Source of the DNA: Eukaryota sp. TZLM1-RC
Lineage: Eukaryota; Protista; Metamonada: BaSk clade
NCBI GenBank assembly: GCA_040285825.1
Contig: JAUPSS010000006.1
Location: forward strand, 1,240,001-1,304,000
Reading direction: 5' to 3'
DNA length: 64,000 bases
The position numbers and the translations under genes were made by a program. Every line of letters begins with the position of its first letter. Within the stretch, counting starts at the first letter, position 1. Positions 1 through 11,726 of the stretch are shown piece after piece. The notes under the pieces were generated by a model. That model had not been told where the DNA came from. It saw only the letters and a list, made by a program, of their open reading frames with translations, and did no database searches.

Positions 1-2650
1 TTCTGAATTGAAAAATAATAAGTGGAATATTTCATCCTTCTGGAAATATTTTGCTAGAAAAAACAAAAATTGTTTTAAGAAAAAATTTGGAAATAGAAAA
101 ATTGTAAAATCAAAAATTTGCCGTAAATTGTGCTTACGTGGTCGTTATGGTGCCGCAAAGCAGTCTTTGTTTTCCTCTTCTTTGGCTGATGCAAATTCTG
201 ATACCCTTGAAAAACTTCAAAAGTTGATCCTCAAGAAAATTTCAAGTGCAGCAAGCCTGAAGTGTGTTCTTTTTGGATTGAAAATCCTATTACTGCAATT
301 GAAGTTCTTAAAGCTATTCAAAAATTGCCAAAGGGGAAAGCAGCAGGCCCATCTGGAATTTCTTTTGATCTGTTAAAAATAGCGTGTTCCAGTGCTCCCG
401 AAATTGCTGATGATCTAGCCCACTATTTTCAACAATTGATTGTTTTGAAAATTAATCCTCCATTTGAATTACTCGCAGCACGTCTGATTGCTTTAGTAAG
501 GCCTGGAAACGGAATCAAACCTGATGGAATACGCCCAATTGCTGTTGGTGAATCTCTTTCTCGTTTGCTAGCATCAATTGTCTTCGATCGTGTCAAAGAC
601 AAAGCTTCTACATTTTTGAATCCTCATCAATTTGGAATCAAAACAATTGATGGTGCTTCTGTTGCTGCTATTGCCTTTGATACCTTTTTTAATGCAGAGG
701 AAAATAATTTTATTTTTAATCTCGACTTTAAATTCTGTAAAGCGAGAAGCAATTTTTGAAGTTATTAAATCTGATTTCCCTGAGCTATCGAGTTTTTTCT
801 ACCATTTTTATGGGAAAGAATCAGTTTTAATTTTTAATTCATTTGGTCTTAAATCATCTTCTGGAGTGAAGCAGGGAGATCCTTTAGGCCCATTATTGTT
901 TTGTTTAGCTATTCACAAAACTTTAAATATCATTAAGCAAAAATACCCTTCTATAAAAATAGTTGCTTATATGGATGATATATCCTTGATTGGTTCATTT
1001 GATTTACTAGAATTGGTTGCTCAAGAAATTGCCGATTCATATGAAAATATTGGGCTTCATCTTTATGCCAGCAAATGCCTTCTGATTGGCTCTTCTGCTC
1101 AAGACCTCGTGATAAACGATTCTATTGTCCCTTTTACTAATTATAGTAGTGATGCTTTTAAGTTCCTTGGTTGTTGGTTAGGAAATGTGCCTCAAATTCA
1201 GAATGAATTGCAAGTTATTTTGGAAAAAATGAAAATTGAACTTGATTCAATTTCTTCTTTAGATGTAGAAAAGCATATTAAATTTTTCATGCTTAAAATT
1301 TGCTACACTGGGAGAATAACCCACATTTTGAGATCTTGTGCTCCTTCCATAGCATTAGATTTTTGTCGTTCTTTCAATTCATTGAGAACAGAATTTTTTG
1401 CTGATTTATTGGATGTAGAACCAGGAATGTTGAAAAGCCATTTATTTTCTTCAGCAAATTTGGGTGGTATAGGATTTACTAAATCTTCAATTTTGTGTCA
1501 ATCAGCATTCTTGGGTGGTGGCAAAAATTTTAATTATGAATTTTCTCGTAGATTTCCTGATGATTCTCATCTGTTAGTCCCCAATTGCAGTCCCTATTTG
1601 TATGAGTTATCTTGTCAACTTGAAAAATTGCCGCCACAAATTTGGACCAAATGTTTTCCTCAATCAATTCAAGAAATTCCAAACCGATCTCTTTTTAATT
1701 TACAGTTTTGCTGTAAAAAGCTTCAACAAAAATTGTCAAAGATTTTTGAAAGCTTGGATTTTGATGTTAGACTTGGCTTGGCCAAGAAAAAGAATCCCGC
1801 TTTTGCAAATCTTTTACAAGATATGTGTGACAGTACTTCCTCTGCCTTAGTAACAACAATTCCACAAGTTTATGGTACTCTCTTATCCGATTCTGCTTGG
1901 ACTCTGAATATGAGATCTCGTTCCTTTATCCGGCCTGATAATTTACCTCATAATTTAATTTGTAAATGTTCTCGAGAAATTACAACTACTCATCTGTTAA
2001 ATTGTAAACATTTTATTACTTTTAGAAGCAAGGTTCATGATGCTGTAAGAGACCAGTTATATTGTATGTGTAAATCTCATAGAATTGAATCCTTCTTGGA
2101 ACCTTTGTTGTCAAATCTGTTTGATGCTGAAAATGATTTTCATAAGAATAATAGAGGTGATGTCATATTACCTGGATTAGATGGAAGCTTCATTTTATTG
2201 GATGTAATGTCTGTTGATCCTTGTAATGCCTCAAATGAAAGGCTTGTTAATTCTGAAATTCATAATCCCCTTTCAAATGCTGAAAATTTTAAATTCAAAA
2301 AATATAATGAACCTTTGTCCAAATTGGCCAGTCTACAGCATGCAAAATACAATTTGTATCCATTTGTATTTTCCCTTTTTGGTTCACTTGCACCAACTGC
2401 TTTACGTTTTTTGGATGATTTTGAAATGATTGTAAAGAGAAGAACTGGCAGAAATTTCAACAGATTGTTTTGGCAAAATAGAATTGTGTTTTCTATTTTT
2501 AAGGGGATGTTGAAGATGGTTTCTGATGCTTTGCTTTCTCTTGGATCTCACTATGAGAGAGTTGCATCTAGTGTTTTTGTTTTGGAAAAGATGGTTTTTT
2601 TAGATGTTGATTTATAGGTTTAGAATAAAATTAAATTTTTTAAAAAAAAA
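1..2650 (+). mobile_element. CRE-clade-like non-LTR retrotransposon, family A (RT + restriction-like endonuclease), frameshifted, 5' end outside window
   Basis: Overlapping ORFs 8-376, 262-759 and 632-2617 carry RT motifs (AGPSG, IRPIAVGE, GVKQGDPLGP, AYMDD, FLGC) and RLE motifs (CKC..HLLNC, HDAVRD, RGDV..LDV..E..K..KY). Ends in AATAAA plus an A-tract at about 2642-2650. Confidence 0.93.
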
Positions 2651-2913
2651 TTTCTTCCACTCTGAAGGAATATGGCCAACGTTGCCCCCAAAATGAAAGA
2701 AATAGTATGAGTTTAGCAGCAATTCATGTGTATTCAGGAAGTCATTAAAGGGGTAACGGATGTTCAGAGAGAGTCAGATGAACACAGCAAATGAAATCAA
2801 AATCAAGATGATGTCTTCAGGCTTAGGAAATATTGATGTATTTTTTAATCATATTATCTAAGCCTTAGGGCGCATTCACAACAAGATTTCAACAAAGGCA
2901 AGATCGTCACTTT

Positions 2914-3085
2914 TTGTGTTACCTGAAACGTTTTAACGTTTCCGAAACACAAATTTAGCTGTTGAAATGTTCCCGATATTATAAAATATTGAAAATCTCT
3001 GTAACCAGATTGTTATAACTAAAGTAATATAATGTGAAAACGAAACGTTTCCGTGAGCTAAGAATGAACGTTTCCGGTAACACTA
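2914..3085. mobile_element. MITE, probably hAT-derived (about 170 bp)
   Basis: 17-bp terminal inverted repeat with 1 mismatch (gtgttacctgaaacgtt 2916-2932 / aacgtttccggtaacac 3067-3083), internal AACGTTTCC repeats, and a degenerate 8-bp TSD (gtcacttt / gtccctta). Confidence 0.7.
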
Positions 3086-3699
3086 GTCCCTTAAAATCAA
3101 CATCCACCAAACAATTAAACCTACTGTGAGCACCCATTTAGTTGATTTATTCATAGTCCAAATTTCTCGTATTGTTAATATTCAAGTAGTTGACTGACAG
3201 ATTGACAGGTCGACCGAAAGAACCATTCTAATATTCAACCGGATTGAACACATCTTACGTTCAGTGATTTGTACAGAGATAGGCACTAAAGTTGATTTAA
3301 TGTTCCACAAAATACCCTAAATACCACAAAAAATAAGAAAACTTATAAATTGTACTACATACCAAAAATGATCGATGAAAACAGTGGATCTAAGAATTAT
3401 TAAAATTCCTTGAGATACAAATATCCACCGCACTTGAATAGCAATTAATTTAAACTATATTTGTTACTATCAGCAACAGATCCCAACTCTTATAAGAACA
3501 GCAGAAACAACTTACGTTGAAGCCATTTGCCAAATTATTCTGTGGTGGATTATCTCAACTGACAGACGTAAAAGGTTGGTTTGAATATTCCAGAATCTAT
3601 TTATTGTTGTTTAATCATTATGGAAATGGTTGATGCTCAACAAATAAACAATTCAAAATTTTCAACCAATTCTCTCCAACAGATCTTTCATCAAGACCG

Positions 3700-6600
3700 A
3701 TGAACTGTACTGCTTGTAGAGAAGCTTTCGATTCGACTAACCGTCAACCATTACTGATATGTAAGGACAATCATTCGGTTTGTGCTTCATGTACCAAGAA
3801 CCTCACACATTGTAACATTTGTAACGCCAGGGTTCTACCTCAACCAAAAAAGAATAACAGTCTCCTCAATCTTGTCGTAGCTTCCAATGTAGGTAGTCTC
3901 TGTCCTGAGATTCCATCGTCTGACATCAAAATTGGCCACAAGATCGGAGAGGGAGGTCAGGCCGTTGTATTTGATGGTATTTGGTGTGGTGCTCCTGTTG
4001 CTCTCAAAGCTGTCTCCCTTACAGATAAAGGCGTGGAAATGCTCAGGAGAGAGGTGTCCTTCTTATCAAGATTAGCTAATCCACATATACTCCGTGTGTT
4101 TGGGTTGACCTACCTGGAAGATAAGGTAGCCATTGTTATGGAGAAGGCTTCTACATCATTGAATACCCCCTCAAAACTCTCTCCCATGACCCTAAAGTAT
4201 GCCATTGATATCTGTAATGCCGTTGCCTATCTCCACTCTCAGAGCGCTGTTCATGGTGATATAAAACCGGGGAACATCTTGATTCTTCATGGTGAAGTCA
4301 GAATCAGTGATTTTGGTACTTCGAGGACCATTGCCAAAACTACCAAACTTCCATCTAGCACTGCAATCACTGCCAAGTATGCTCCTCCCGAAGCTTTTGC
4401 CAACAAGATCCATCCAGCTGGTGATGTTTACTCTGTGGGGGTAGTTTTATATGAGTTACTCACTAACACCACAGCTTTTGCTGGTTTAGATCCTATGGCA
4501 CTGTTTGGAGCAAAGATGTACGATAACCCTCTCCCATTTCCTGCCAATGTACCTCCAGCGTTGAGCGAGTTGATCAGCAATTGTTGCCGCAAAGAACCCA
4601 AAGAAAGACCTTGCATTGATGAGGTAATCATTGTTTTGGAATCATTACGAAATTCTGCAAGTCTTCAAGCTAACAAAGTTCAAAGCCCTATATCTAATCA
4701 AGTTAACCATCGTCCATCCAACTCTGACATTGAAAGAGCAGTTGCTCAAGCTAATGCTGCCAATGAGAACAGAATTGTTGGTCTGCAACACCAAGTAGAA
4801 CAAATAGCTTGCCAAAGGAACCAAATTATATCTGAAAGAGATCAAATTGCTACCCAGAGAGACCAACAGAAAGCTGAACTCGACAGGGTTAGAACTGAAA
4901 ATCAAAGCTTGCAGAAACGATGTGAGGAACTATTAAGGAAATTGGAATCTACAAAAGATGAAGTCAGCAAGTTAAAAGAGGCGAATATTTCCCAGCCTTT
5001 ATTACCTGCGGGTCTATCTCGTCGCCATAATTTGAATGCTTCAATGTCACGTAATGGAATTGCTGAAGGACCTCAACAAAGATTGACTCCTTTCAAATAC
5101 TCGGTTCAGATCAATGATTTGTGTTCTGTAGCTCAAGAAACCATTGGTAAAATTCGTAGAGGGATGGAGGAAGTCAGAGCTCATGATAGTGGAATGCAAG
5201 ATAATGATGTTTTTGCAATAGCTGATGCCTTAAAAGGAAACATAATCGTTAACAAAGTTTCTCTCAAAAACCTCAAAAATGGGTATAGTACATTTTCTGA
5301 CAGAGCAGTCAAAGCCGTGGTCATTTCATTGCACGACAATACCACTATAACTTCTTTAACCATAGGTTCTCCAAATATTGGCCCAGTTGGAGCCGCATCA
5401 CTTGCTGAACTTTTACTGGCTAATAGAACATTAACTGAACTTGATTTGACTGGTTGTAGAGTTTCAAATTCTGGAATAATTTCAATTGCGAAGTCACTTG
5501 AACAGAACAACAGTCTCAAGGAGCTTAAAGTTGGAGGGAATGACATTGGTACAATTGGCATAATGGATCTATCTGAAGCTTTGAAAGTTAATAACGGTCT
5601 TCAACACTTGGATCTCTCTTCCCAGCAAATTGGTTTAGAAGGTGTTATTGCATTGGCTGAAGCTTTGAAAGTTAATAACGGTCTTCAACACTTGGATCTC
5701 TCTTCCCAGAACATTGGTTCAGAAGGTGTTATTGCATTGGCTGAAGCTTTGAAAGATAATAGGACCTTAGTTTTTCTTGATGTTAGAAGACAAGAGCAAA
5801 CTATGGCTGCCACTAGAAAGCACCAAAATGACTGCACTAGACCAGGCCCAAGACGACGTTCATTTGAAGGTTCATTATTCGACAAACAGATTGATTGTGA
5901 ATGTTTGGGTGTGGCATTGACACCAAAAGATATGGTAACCATTGGTAAGTATTTGAAAGATAACGATGTTCTAGCTCAATTGCTTTTTGATGTATCGAGT
6001 ACGAAAATTTATGGAAATTGTGGGACACTGAAATTGGAAAGTTCTGTAAATGTATCTGCCCTTGCCAAATCAATCAATTTGGGAAAGAAAGGCAGCTACC
6101 AGCTCGATAGTTTTCCAGGTTTAGCACTGTTGACTTTGATTGAACATGTTGATATACATCGATTGCAGTTTGGACACAGAACATTTAAAGGCACCGAGAT
6201 TCGTTTTGACTTTAACCATTATAACATTGATGATTCTGGAGCAACTGCAATTGCTAGTCGATTCCGGGAATTGTTGATCAATCCAGCTTTTGAACAAGGC
6301 CAATATTACGTTAATCTTATTTTTCGTTCTAACAGTATTGGTCTTCAAGGAGCCATCTCTTTAGCAAATCTTGTTGCTGAGTTTCCTCGCATCTCGGAAT
6401 TGATATTATATGCCTACCCTCTCAACTTTACATTTAAGAAGAATCACTTTTTTGCACGCAAAGTTTCATTTGATTTCAAAAATTCCAACATTAATAATGC
6501 TAAAGCAGCCTCAATTGCAAGTAGCCTTAGTAGTTTCTTGCATTGCACAGATTTTGGACGAGGCGCATATTCTGTTTCTCTCATATTTCATAACAACGAA

Positions 6601-6813
6601 ATTGGTTTCAAAGGAGCCAAGTCCTTAATGAAGCTTCTTGACGATTTTTCTTGTATCTCTCACTTGGACTTGACAGAAAATCCATTCAGTGAGGACGAAG
6701 TGGAGCAGCTGTCGTTATATTTATATCGCCGGAAAATCAATAGGGAGAGGGTGGTACCGCACATAGCTCCACCTTCCAAAGGAAGAATTAAACGTAGAGA
6801 AAATTGTAAATAA
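3700..6813 (+). CDS. RING-like zinc finger + TKL-type protein kinase + coiled coil + RI-like leucine-rich repeat protein (1037 aa)
   Basis: N-terminal CxxC..CxxxHxxCxxC..CxxC; kinase motifs GEGGQAVV, VALK, HGDIKPGN, DFG, YAPPE, DVYS; Q/E/K-rich heptads; 28-aa LxxLDLSxxxIGxxGxxALAEAL repeats. Intronless and intact. Confidence 0.93.
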   Translation: MNCTACREAFDSTNRQPLLICKDNHSVCASCTKNLTHCNICNARVLPQPKKNNSLLNLVVASNVGSLCPEIPSSDIKIGHKIGEGGQAVVFDGIWCGAPVALKAVSLTDKGVEMLRREVSFLSRLANPHILRVFGLTYLEDKVAIVMEKASTSLNTPSKLSPMTLKYAIDICNAVAYLHSQSAVHGDIKPGNILILHGEVRISDFGTSRTIAKTTKLPSSTAITAKYAPPEAFANKIHPAGDVYSVGVVLYELLTNTTAFAGLDPMALFGAKMYDNPLPFPANVPPALSELISNCCRKEPKERPCIDEVIIVLESLRNSASLQANKVQSPISNQVNHRPSNSDIERAVAQANAANENRIVGLQHQVEQIACQRNQIISERDQIATQRDQQKAELDRVRTENQSLQKRCEELLRKLESTKDEVSKLKEANISQPLLPAGLSRRHNLNASMSRNGIAEGPQQRLTPFKYSVQINDLCSVAQETIGKIRRGMEEVRAHDSGMQDNDVFAIADALKGNIIVNKVSLKNLKNGYSTFSDRAVKAVVISLHDNTTITSLTIGSPNIGPVGAASLAELLLANRTLTELDLTGCRVSNSGIISIAKSLEQNNSLKELKVGGNDIGTIGIMDLSEALKVNNGLQHLDLSSQQIGLEGVIALAEALKVNNGLQHLDLSSQNIGSEGVIALAEALKDNRTLVFLDVRRQEQTMAATRKHQNDCTRPGPRRRSFEGSLFDKQIDCECLGVALTPKDMVTIGKYLKDNDVLAQLLFDVSSTKIYGNCGTLKLESSVNVSALAKSINLGKKGSYQLDSFPGLALLTLIEHVDIHRLQFGHRTFKGTEIRFDFNHYNIDDSGATAIASRFRELLINPAFEQGQYYVNLIFRSNSIGLQGAISLANLVAEFPRISELILYAYPLNFTFKKNHFFARKVSFDFKNSNINNAKAASIASSLSSFLHCTDFGRGAYSVSLIFHNNEIGFKGAKSLMKLLDDFSCISHLDLTENPFSEDEVEQLSLYLYRRKINRERVVPHIAPPSKGRIKRRENCK
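5573..5755 (+). repeat. Near-identical 84-bp tandem duplication (one 28-aa LRR unit) within the kinase gene
   Basis: ctgaagctttgaaag recurs at 5573, 5657 and 5741; the units differ by only a few nucleotides. Confidence 0.9.
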
Positions 6814-7029
6814 TACATTTAGAAATTTGTTGATTTTGGGATATAAATGTTTGAGGTACTTTTTTTTGAAATAATGATTTCTTGATTTGAAAATGTCAAA
6901 ACCATCACTATGTAAATTTAAACAATAATGTAAAGAAATCAGAATAAAAATAAATTTAATTTTTATTAACTTAACAATTTCTAAAAAACAAGAAATCATT
7001 GTTTTAATATCACCTAAAAATATCCCAAT

Positions 7030-9640
7030 AGATCCAGTAAATGGATTGGTGGAAGAAGAGATGAGATTCCAAACAATTATGATACTTATTTGGAACCATT
7101 TGTTGATGGTTTTTTTTAAAACTGGAATATTTATTGAGATAAAAATAACCACCTAGAATTCAATATCCTCCAAACAAGCGTCACTATTACTGAACCTACT
7201 CACAGCATTACGTTCATATTCTACACCAATAGCTAAAAGTGCCTTTGAAATCATTGTTGGAATGGACTTGAAAATGCAAAAAACAATTCTATTTAACCAG
7301 AAAGTGGAGTTCATTGTTTTACCAGACCTATTCAGTAACACTTTTTTAAAATTTTCCAAAAAGTGCAAGCCTGAAGGTCCAATATTGCCAAAAAGAGAAA
7401 TTGCAAACGGCACAAACTGATATTTCACATGTTCCACTCTACCTAACTGTGCCAAAGGTTCTTCATATTTTTTTATCTTCTTTTTTTCGGCGTTAGATAA
7501 CGGCGAGTCAGCGGAATACACTAAACGAGCAGCAGAATTTTTGCAAACATCCACTGAGACAACGTCTACAACATTGAGAACACCATCGATCCCTGGAGCT
7601 ACTAAATCTGCCCTTCTTTTACCAAAGGAATCATCAGTTTGATCTGAAGACAGCTTACGAACTAGTGGCTCAATAAATGCCTCTATATTGACACTTTTGC
7701 ACATGGCATATAATTGATCACGAACTGAGTCATGAACAATTGAGCGATAAGTTATAAAATACTTACAGTTTAAAATATGGGAAAGCGTAACAACACTCTT
7801 GCAACGACAAATTAAATCATTTGGTAATGAACAAGGCCATAGAAAACATCTCATTCTCATTGCAGTGGTCCATTGGTGATCATTGAGTAGAAGGCCATAA
7901 ATGTTGGGTATTTGGGAGATTAGGCAACTTGAACAACTGTCTTCAAGATCAATCAAAAAGTTTGCAAAAACGGGATTTTTTTCCTTAGCCAAGCTAAGAC
8001 GTACAATATAATCCAAGTTTTCTAAAACTTTCAAGATTTTTTTTCTGCAATTTTGCAAAAGGTAGTGGTAAGGAGAGCAAGCTTCTTGAAGGAAGTTCCA
8101 CAATATCAGAGGGGAAACATTTAGTCCAAATATTGGGTGAAAGTGTTTCAATTTCCTGTTGCAAAGAAATAAGATAAGAGCTGCCACAATTTTCAATGAG
8201 ATGAATTTTTTCAGGAAAACGATTCACAAATTCATAAATAAAATTCTTTCCACCTCCAATAAAGGCAGCTTTACAAAGGTAGCTTGATTTATGAAAATCA
8301 ACACCACCAAAATTTGTACCACAAAAAATGTGGCTTCGTAACTGAGATGCATCAATTTCCAATAATTTTGCTAAAAAATTGGTTCTTTGTTCATTAAAAA
8401 TGCGACAAAACTCCAAAGAAATTGATGGTGATGTAGATCTCAAAATATGAGTAAATTTTCCAGAATAACAGATTTTTAGGAAAAGAATTTCAAATGTTTC
8501 TCAATATTTAAATTTTCTATTGATTCTAATTCATTTCCAAATTGAGTCAACAGAGTCGAAAGTTGGCCTTTCACTTCATCAATATTTCCGAGATAACAAC
8601 CCAAAAAACGAAAACCAGACTGATCATAATTGATAAAGGGGACATTGACATCATTAATGAAAAAATCAATTGGTTCATGGCCAATAATCAAACATTTGGA
8701 GATATTCAATGAGAGACCAATATCTTCATAACGCTGTTGAATAAAAGTTGCTATTTGTTTGAGAATTGTAATAGGAGCAAATACAGAAATGTCATCCATA
8801 TATGCTGCAATATCTATTTCTGGGAATTTTTCTTTCAATTCGCACATTAATGGATGAATTGCCAGACAAAAGAAAAAAGGACCAAGTGGATCACCTTGTT
8901 TAACACCTGAAGACGAAAGCAGGTCAAAGTTTTCATAGACCAATGTGGATGATTTTCCATAAAATGAATAGAAAAAAGGCTCGACTTCAGGAAAATGCTT
9001 TTGCAGCAAAGGTAAAATGGAAGAACGAGATACAGAATTGAAAGCATTCTTAAAATCTAAATTGAAGATGTAATTAGAATCACTAGAATTAAAAAACACA
9101 TCCGACGAAAGAGCAGCAGAAGAAGCACCATCAATTGTCTTGATTCCAAATTGAAACGGACTGAAAAATTCCTTGGCTTTTTTCCCAATTCTATTGAAAA
9201 CAAGAGACGCAAGAATTCTTGAAAACGATTCTCCAATTGCAATTGGACGGATTTTGGATTGACTTTTTTTAAGGGCAATTAAGCGAGCACTGGTCATCTC
9301 AAAAGGGACTTTAATTTTTAACGTAAGAAGATTGTTGAAAAAAAGAACAAGATCATCAGCAATTTCAGGACACTGTCCAACAGTTGATTTGTTGATGGTG
9401 GTGCAGTTTATTTTCAAATTATTTTCCTAAAACAATAATTAACAACGACAGTCAGAATTGATTGATTTTACCAACCAAAAAAACCGGTTATCTCATTTGG
9501 AAATGAGATTTATGGGTCAACATTCAAATGATGAACAGACATATTATCAAAGCAGAGCTTGCAAACCCACAGATCAACTAGAAAATGCTGAACAGGTTTA
9601 TTATCTGCGAAAAAGTTGCTATAGTGGTGTGTTGAGATAT
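7030..9640 (+). pseudogene. Dam/D12-class N6-adenine DNA methyltransferase pseudogene (N-terminal half), split by a retroelement: parts about 7030-7110 and 9400-9640
   Basis: Removing 7111-9399 gives in-frame KWIGGRRDEIPNNYDTYLEPFVDG-GAVYF (motifs X and I), then SELIDF and FMGQHSNDEQTYY..LENAEQVYYLRKSCYSGVLRY. Confidence 0.8.
7111..9386 (-). mobile_element. CRE-like non-LTR retrotransposon, family B, 5'-truncated, 13-bp TSD
   Basis: RT and RLE ORFs 8476-9417, 7994-8443 and 7153-8196, near-identical to 24585-26870. T-tract at 7111; TSD atttgttgatggt at 7098-7110 and 9387-9399. Confidence 0.95.
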
Positions 9641-9649
9641 ATTTACAGT

Positions 9650-10650
9650 TTTATTTAGTTTGGTTTGTACCATAGCTCAAGCCAATGCTCGCGAAATAAA
9701 TTTTGAAATAAATAAATCAATCCACTGATTAGACCAGTTGAATCTGATTTAACTGGAGAATTGTTAAAATTGTCAAACTTACAAACCTACATTGTTCTGA
9801 AAAAAACAAACATTGTGGGATATTTTAAATATTTTCATAATAAAATTTCAAAACGAAAAATGAGTGTGAATGATGCTGTGAATATTTTTATTCAAATATT
9901 TCAATCCTGATGAACATTGTTTGCATCCAAAAAGACGCAACACATTATTTTCAGATACAACAGTTGGTGGTAATAATTTCAAAGCTGTGTTTGAAAGTAT
10001 TAAATTGACTCCAATTCAAAATGAACTTGTGACTGATTTATCCGACAGATTAATTGAGGATTCCATACGTAGATTAAAAGGTGAATTTTACAATCCATCA
10101 AAATATGCAAATTTAGCGCATCACTATCTGGACAACGTTTTTGGAAATTGGAGACAAACACACACAGTTTCGGATTGTTGTTGTGGCACAAGAAACTTAA
10201 CTCAAGGTTATGAATTTAATGATATCTATCTATCAATCTTAGAGCAGTCTGATTTAATATTGTGAGGACTATATTACAACAAAAATGCAACAACACTTCA
10301 CACTATGGACTTTTTGCGTGATGAATTTCCAGAGGAAATTATAAACAGTGACAATCCTTGTTATAGTTAATCAATCCATTTGGGTGCATTAACTAGGAAT
10401 AAAGGTCTGTTAAAAGTATCTGAAATGAAATGTATAGTGAAATGAAAGGATGTGGACACACATCGTCTCAATTATGTACACAGTTTTTGTTCAAATTATT
10501 AAAACTCAAAAATCAAAAACCAAACATTAAACTTGGATTATTTTAAAAGGACAAATTTTCTCAGTGATGGATTTAAAAGATTTAGCAAAATGTTTCTAAC
10601 AGAATTTGGTTTTGAAACTGGTTTAGCATTAGATCAAGCATCTCACAGAA
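9650..10650 (+). pseudogene. Gamma-class / Type IIG-like N6-adenine DNA methyltransferase pseudogene
   Basis: DRLIEDSIRRLKGEFYNP (GEFYTP motif X), VSDCCCGTRNLT (motif I), MDFLRD, LINPFG (decayed NPPF/Y), SSQLCTQFLFKL and FKRFSKMFLTEFGFETG occur in the expected order across frameshifts. Confidence 0.75.
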
Positions 10651-10799
10651 ATTTTGAATTTGATGGTAATATATATTATTATTGGTAATTATGCTCAGAA
10701 TGATTCAATGAAAGAGCAAAAAATATTTGTTGCCGTTGATACCACTGATGAAATTGCTTCAGCAGTATTTGCAACAACAACAGTATTAACCACGAGCTA

Positions 10800-11040
10800 G
10801 CAACAAGGCACTGTGTTCCTCTAATAATAGAAAATACAAATCTGTTTTGCCAAAAGGTTCGGTCAAATATTCTTCCAGTTGTGTTTTGGACAATAGATGA
10901 GAAATCGTCCAAAAAAGATAACGCAGCTTAACCCAAGGTTCCAAATATAGAAAAAGCAAAAAGACAAAGAAGGTATTGAGTATGTGAGTTGGAATTCAAA
11001 TTATTGATTTTTTCAGCTTGATAATTTTCACTTCTGTAAT
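10800..11040 (-). mobile_element. 3' RLE fragment of another CRE-like family
   Basis: FSIFGTLG*AALSFLDDFSSIVQNTTGRIFDRTFWQNRFVFSIIRG parallels the C-termini of families A and C. Confidence 0.75.
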
Positions 11041-11124
11041 TTACCATTTTAACTAAAAAAAATTGAATTTTATTTAATCAATTTTAACTATGTTTTAGTA
11101 CTAACTTTAGTAATCATATCAATA

Positions 11125-11560
11125 GTTTAATCATATATTTCGATCCACAAATCCTCTTATTACTAGGCCTTTGGCCCAGAAGTTTAATGAATTACATGCA
11201 AAAGTCTTGTCACAATTACTGGGATGTAAAATGTTCCAAATTGCAGACCATGCTTATCTTAGTCCACATTATGGCGATTTAGGTTGGACGAAGGCTTCTA
11301 TTCCTACTTCATGTGCTTTTCTTGGTGGATGTAGAAGTGCAAAATTTGAGTTTTCTGAAAGATTTACCGATTGGAAAGATTTAATTTTGACAATGCAAAG
11401 TTCCACTGTTTTTGCATTAAATGAAGAAATTTCAAAAATTGATGTAGACAAATGGAGTGGATGCTTTCCCCAATCATTCAATGGCAATATTCCAGAAAAG
11501 AATCTTCTATTAAATTTAAATTACACTCTTCGAACATTACAGAAACGATTGACTGGAATG
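11125..11560 (+). mobile_element. Internal fragment of CRE-like family D
   Basis: ORF 11171-11590 closely matches 60276-61499 (AQKFNELHAKVLSQLLGCKMFQI). Confidence 0.88.
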
Positions 11561-11726
11561 TGTTGGCTCCTAGCCATAGTTAGTTGTTAAAAATGTATTT
11601 GCAGTTATCACAAAATGCCAACTCATCACGCCTTTATCTAGATTCTTGTTAAAAAAGGATTTTGTAGAGGAAATCTTTGTTATTAACAGTTAATTATTGT
11701 TATTAAACAAGTTTGGTCTTGAAGAC

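Noticed and set aside
4192-6628. Short antisense and alternate-frame ORFs within the kinase gene (and similar ones inside retroelements)
   Set aside because: Shadow ORFs of real coding sequence, with no independent motifs.
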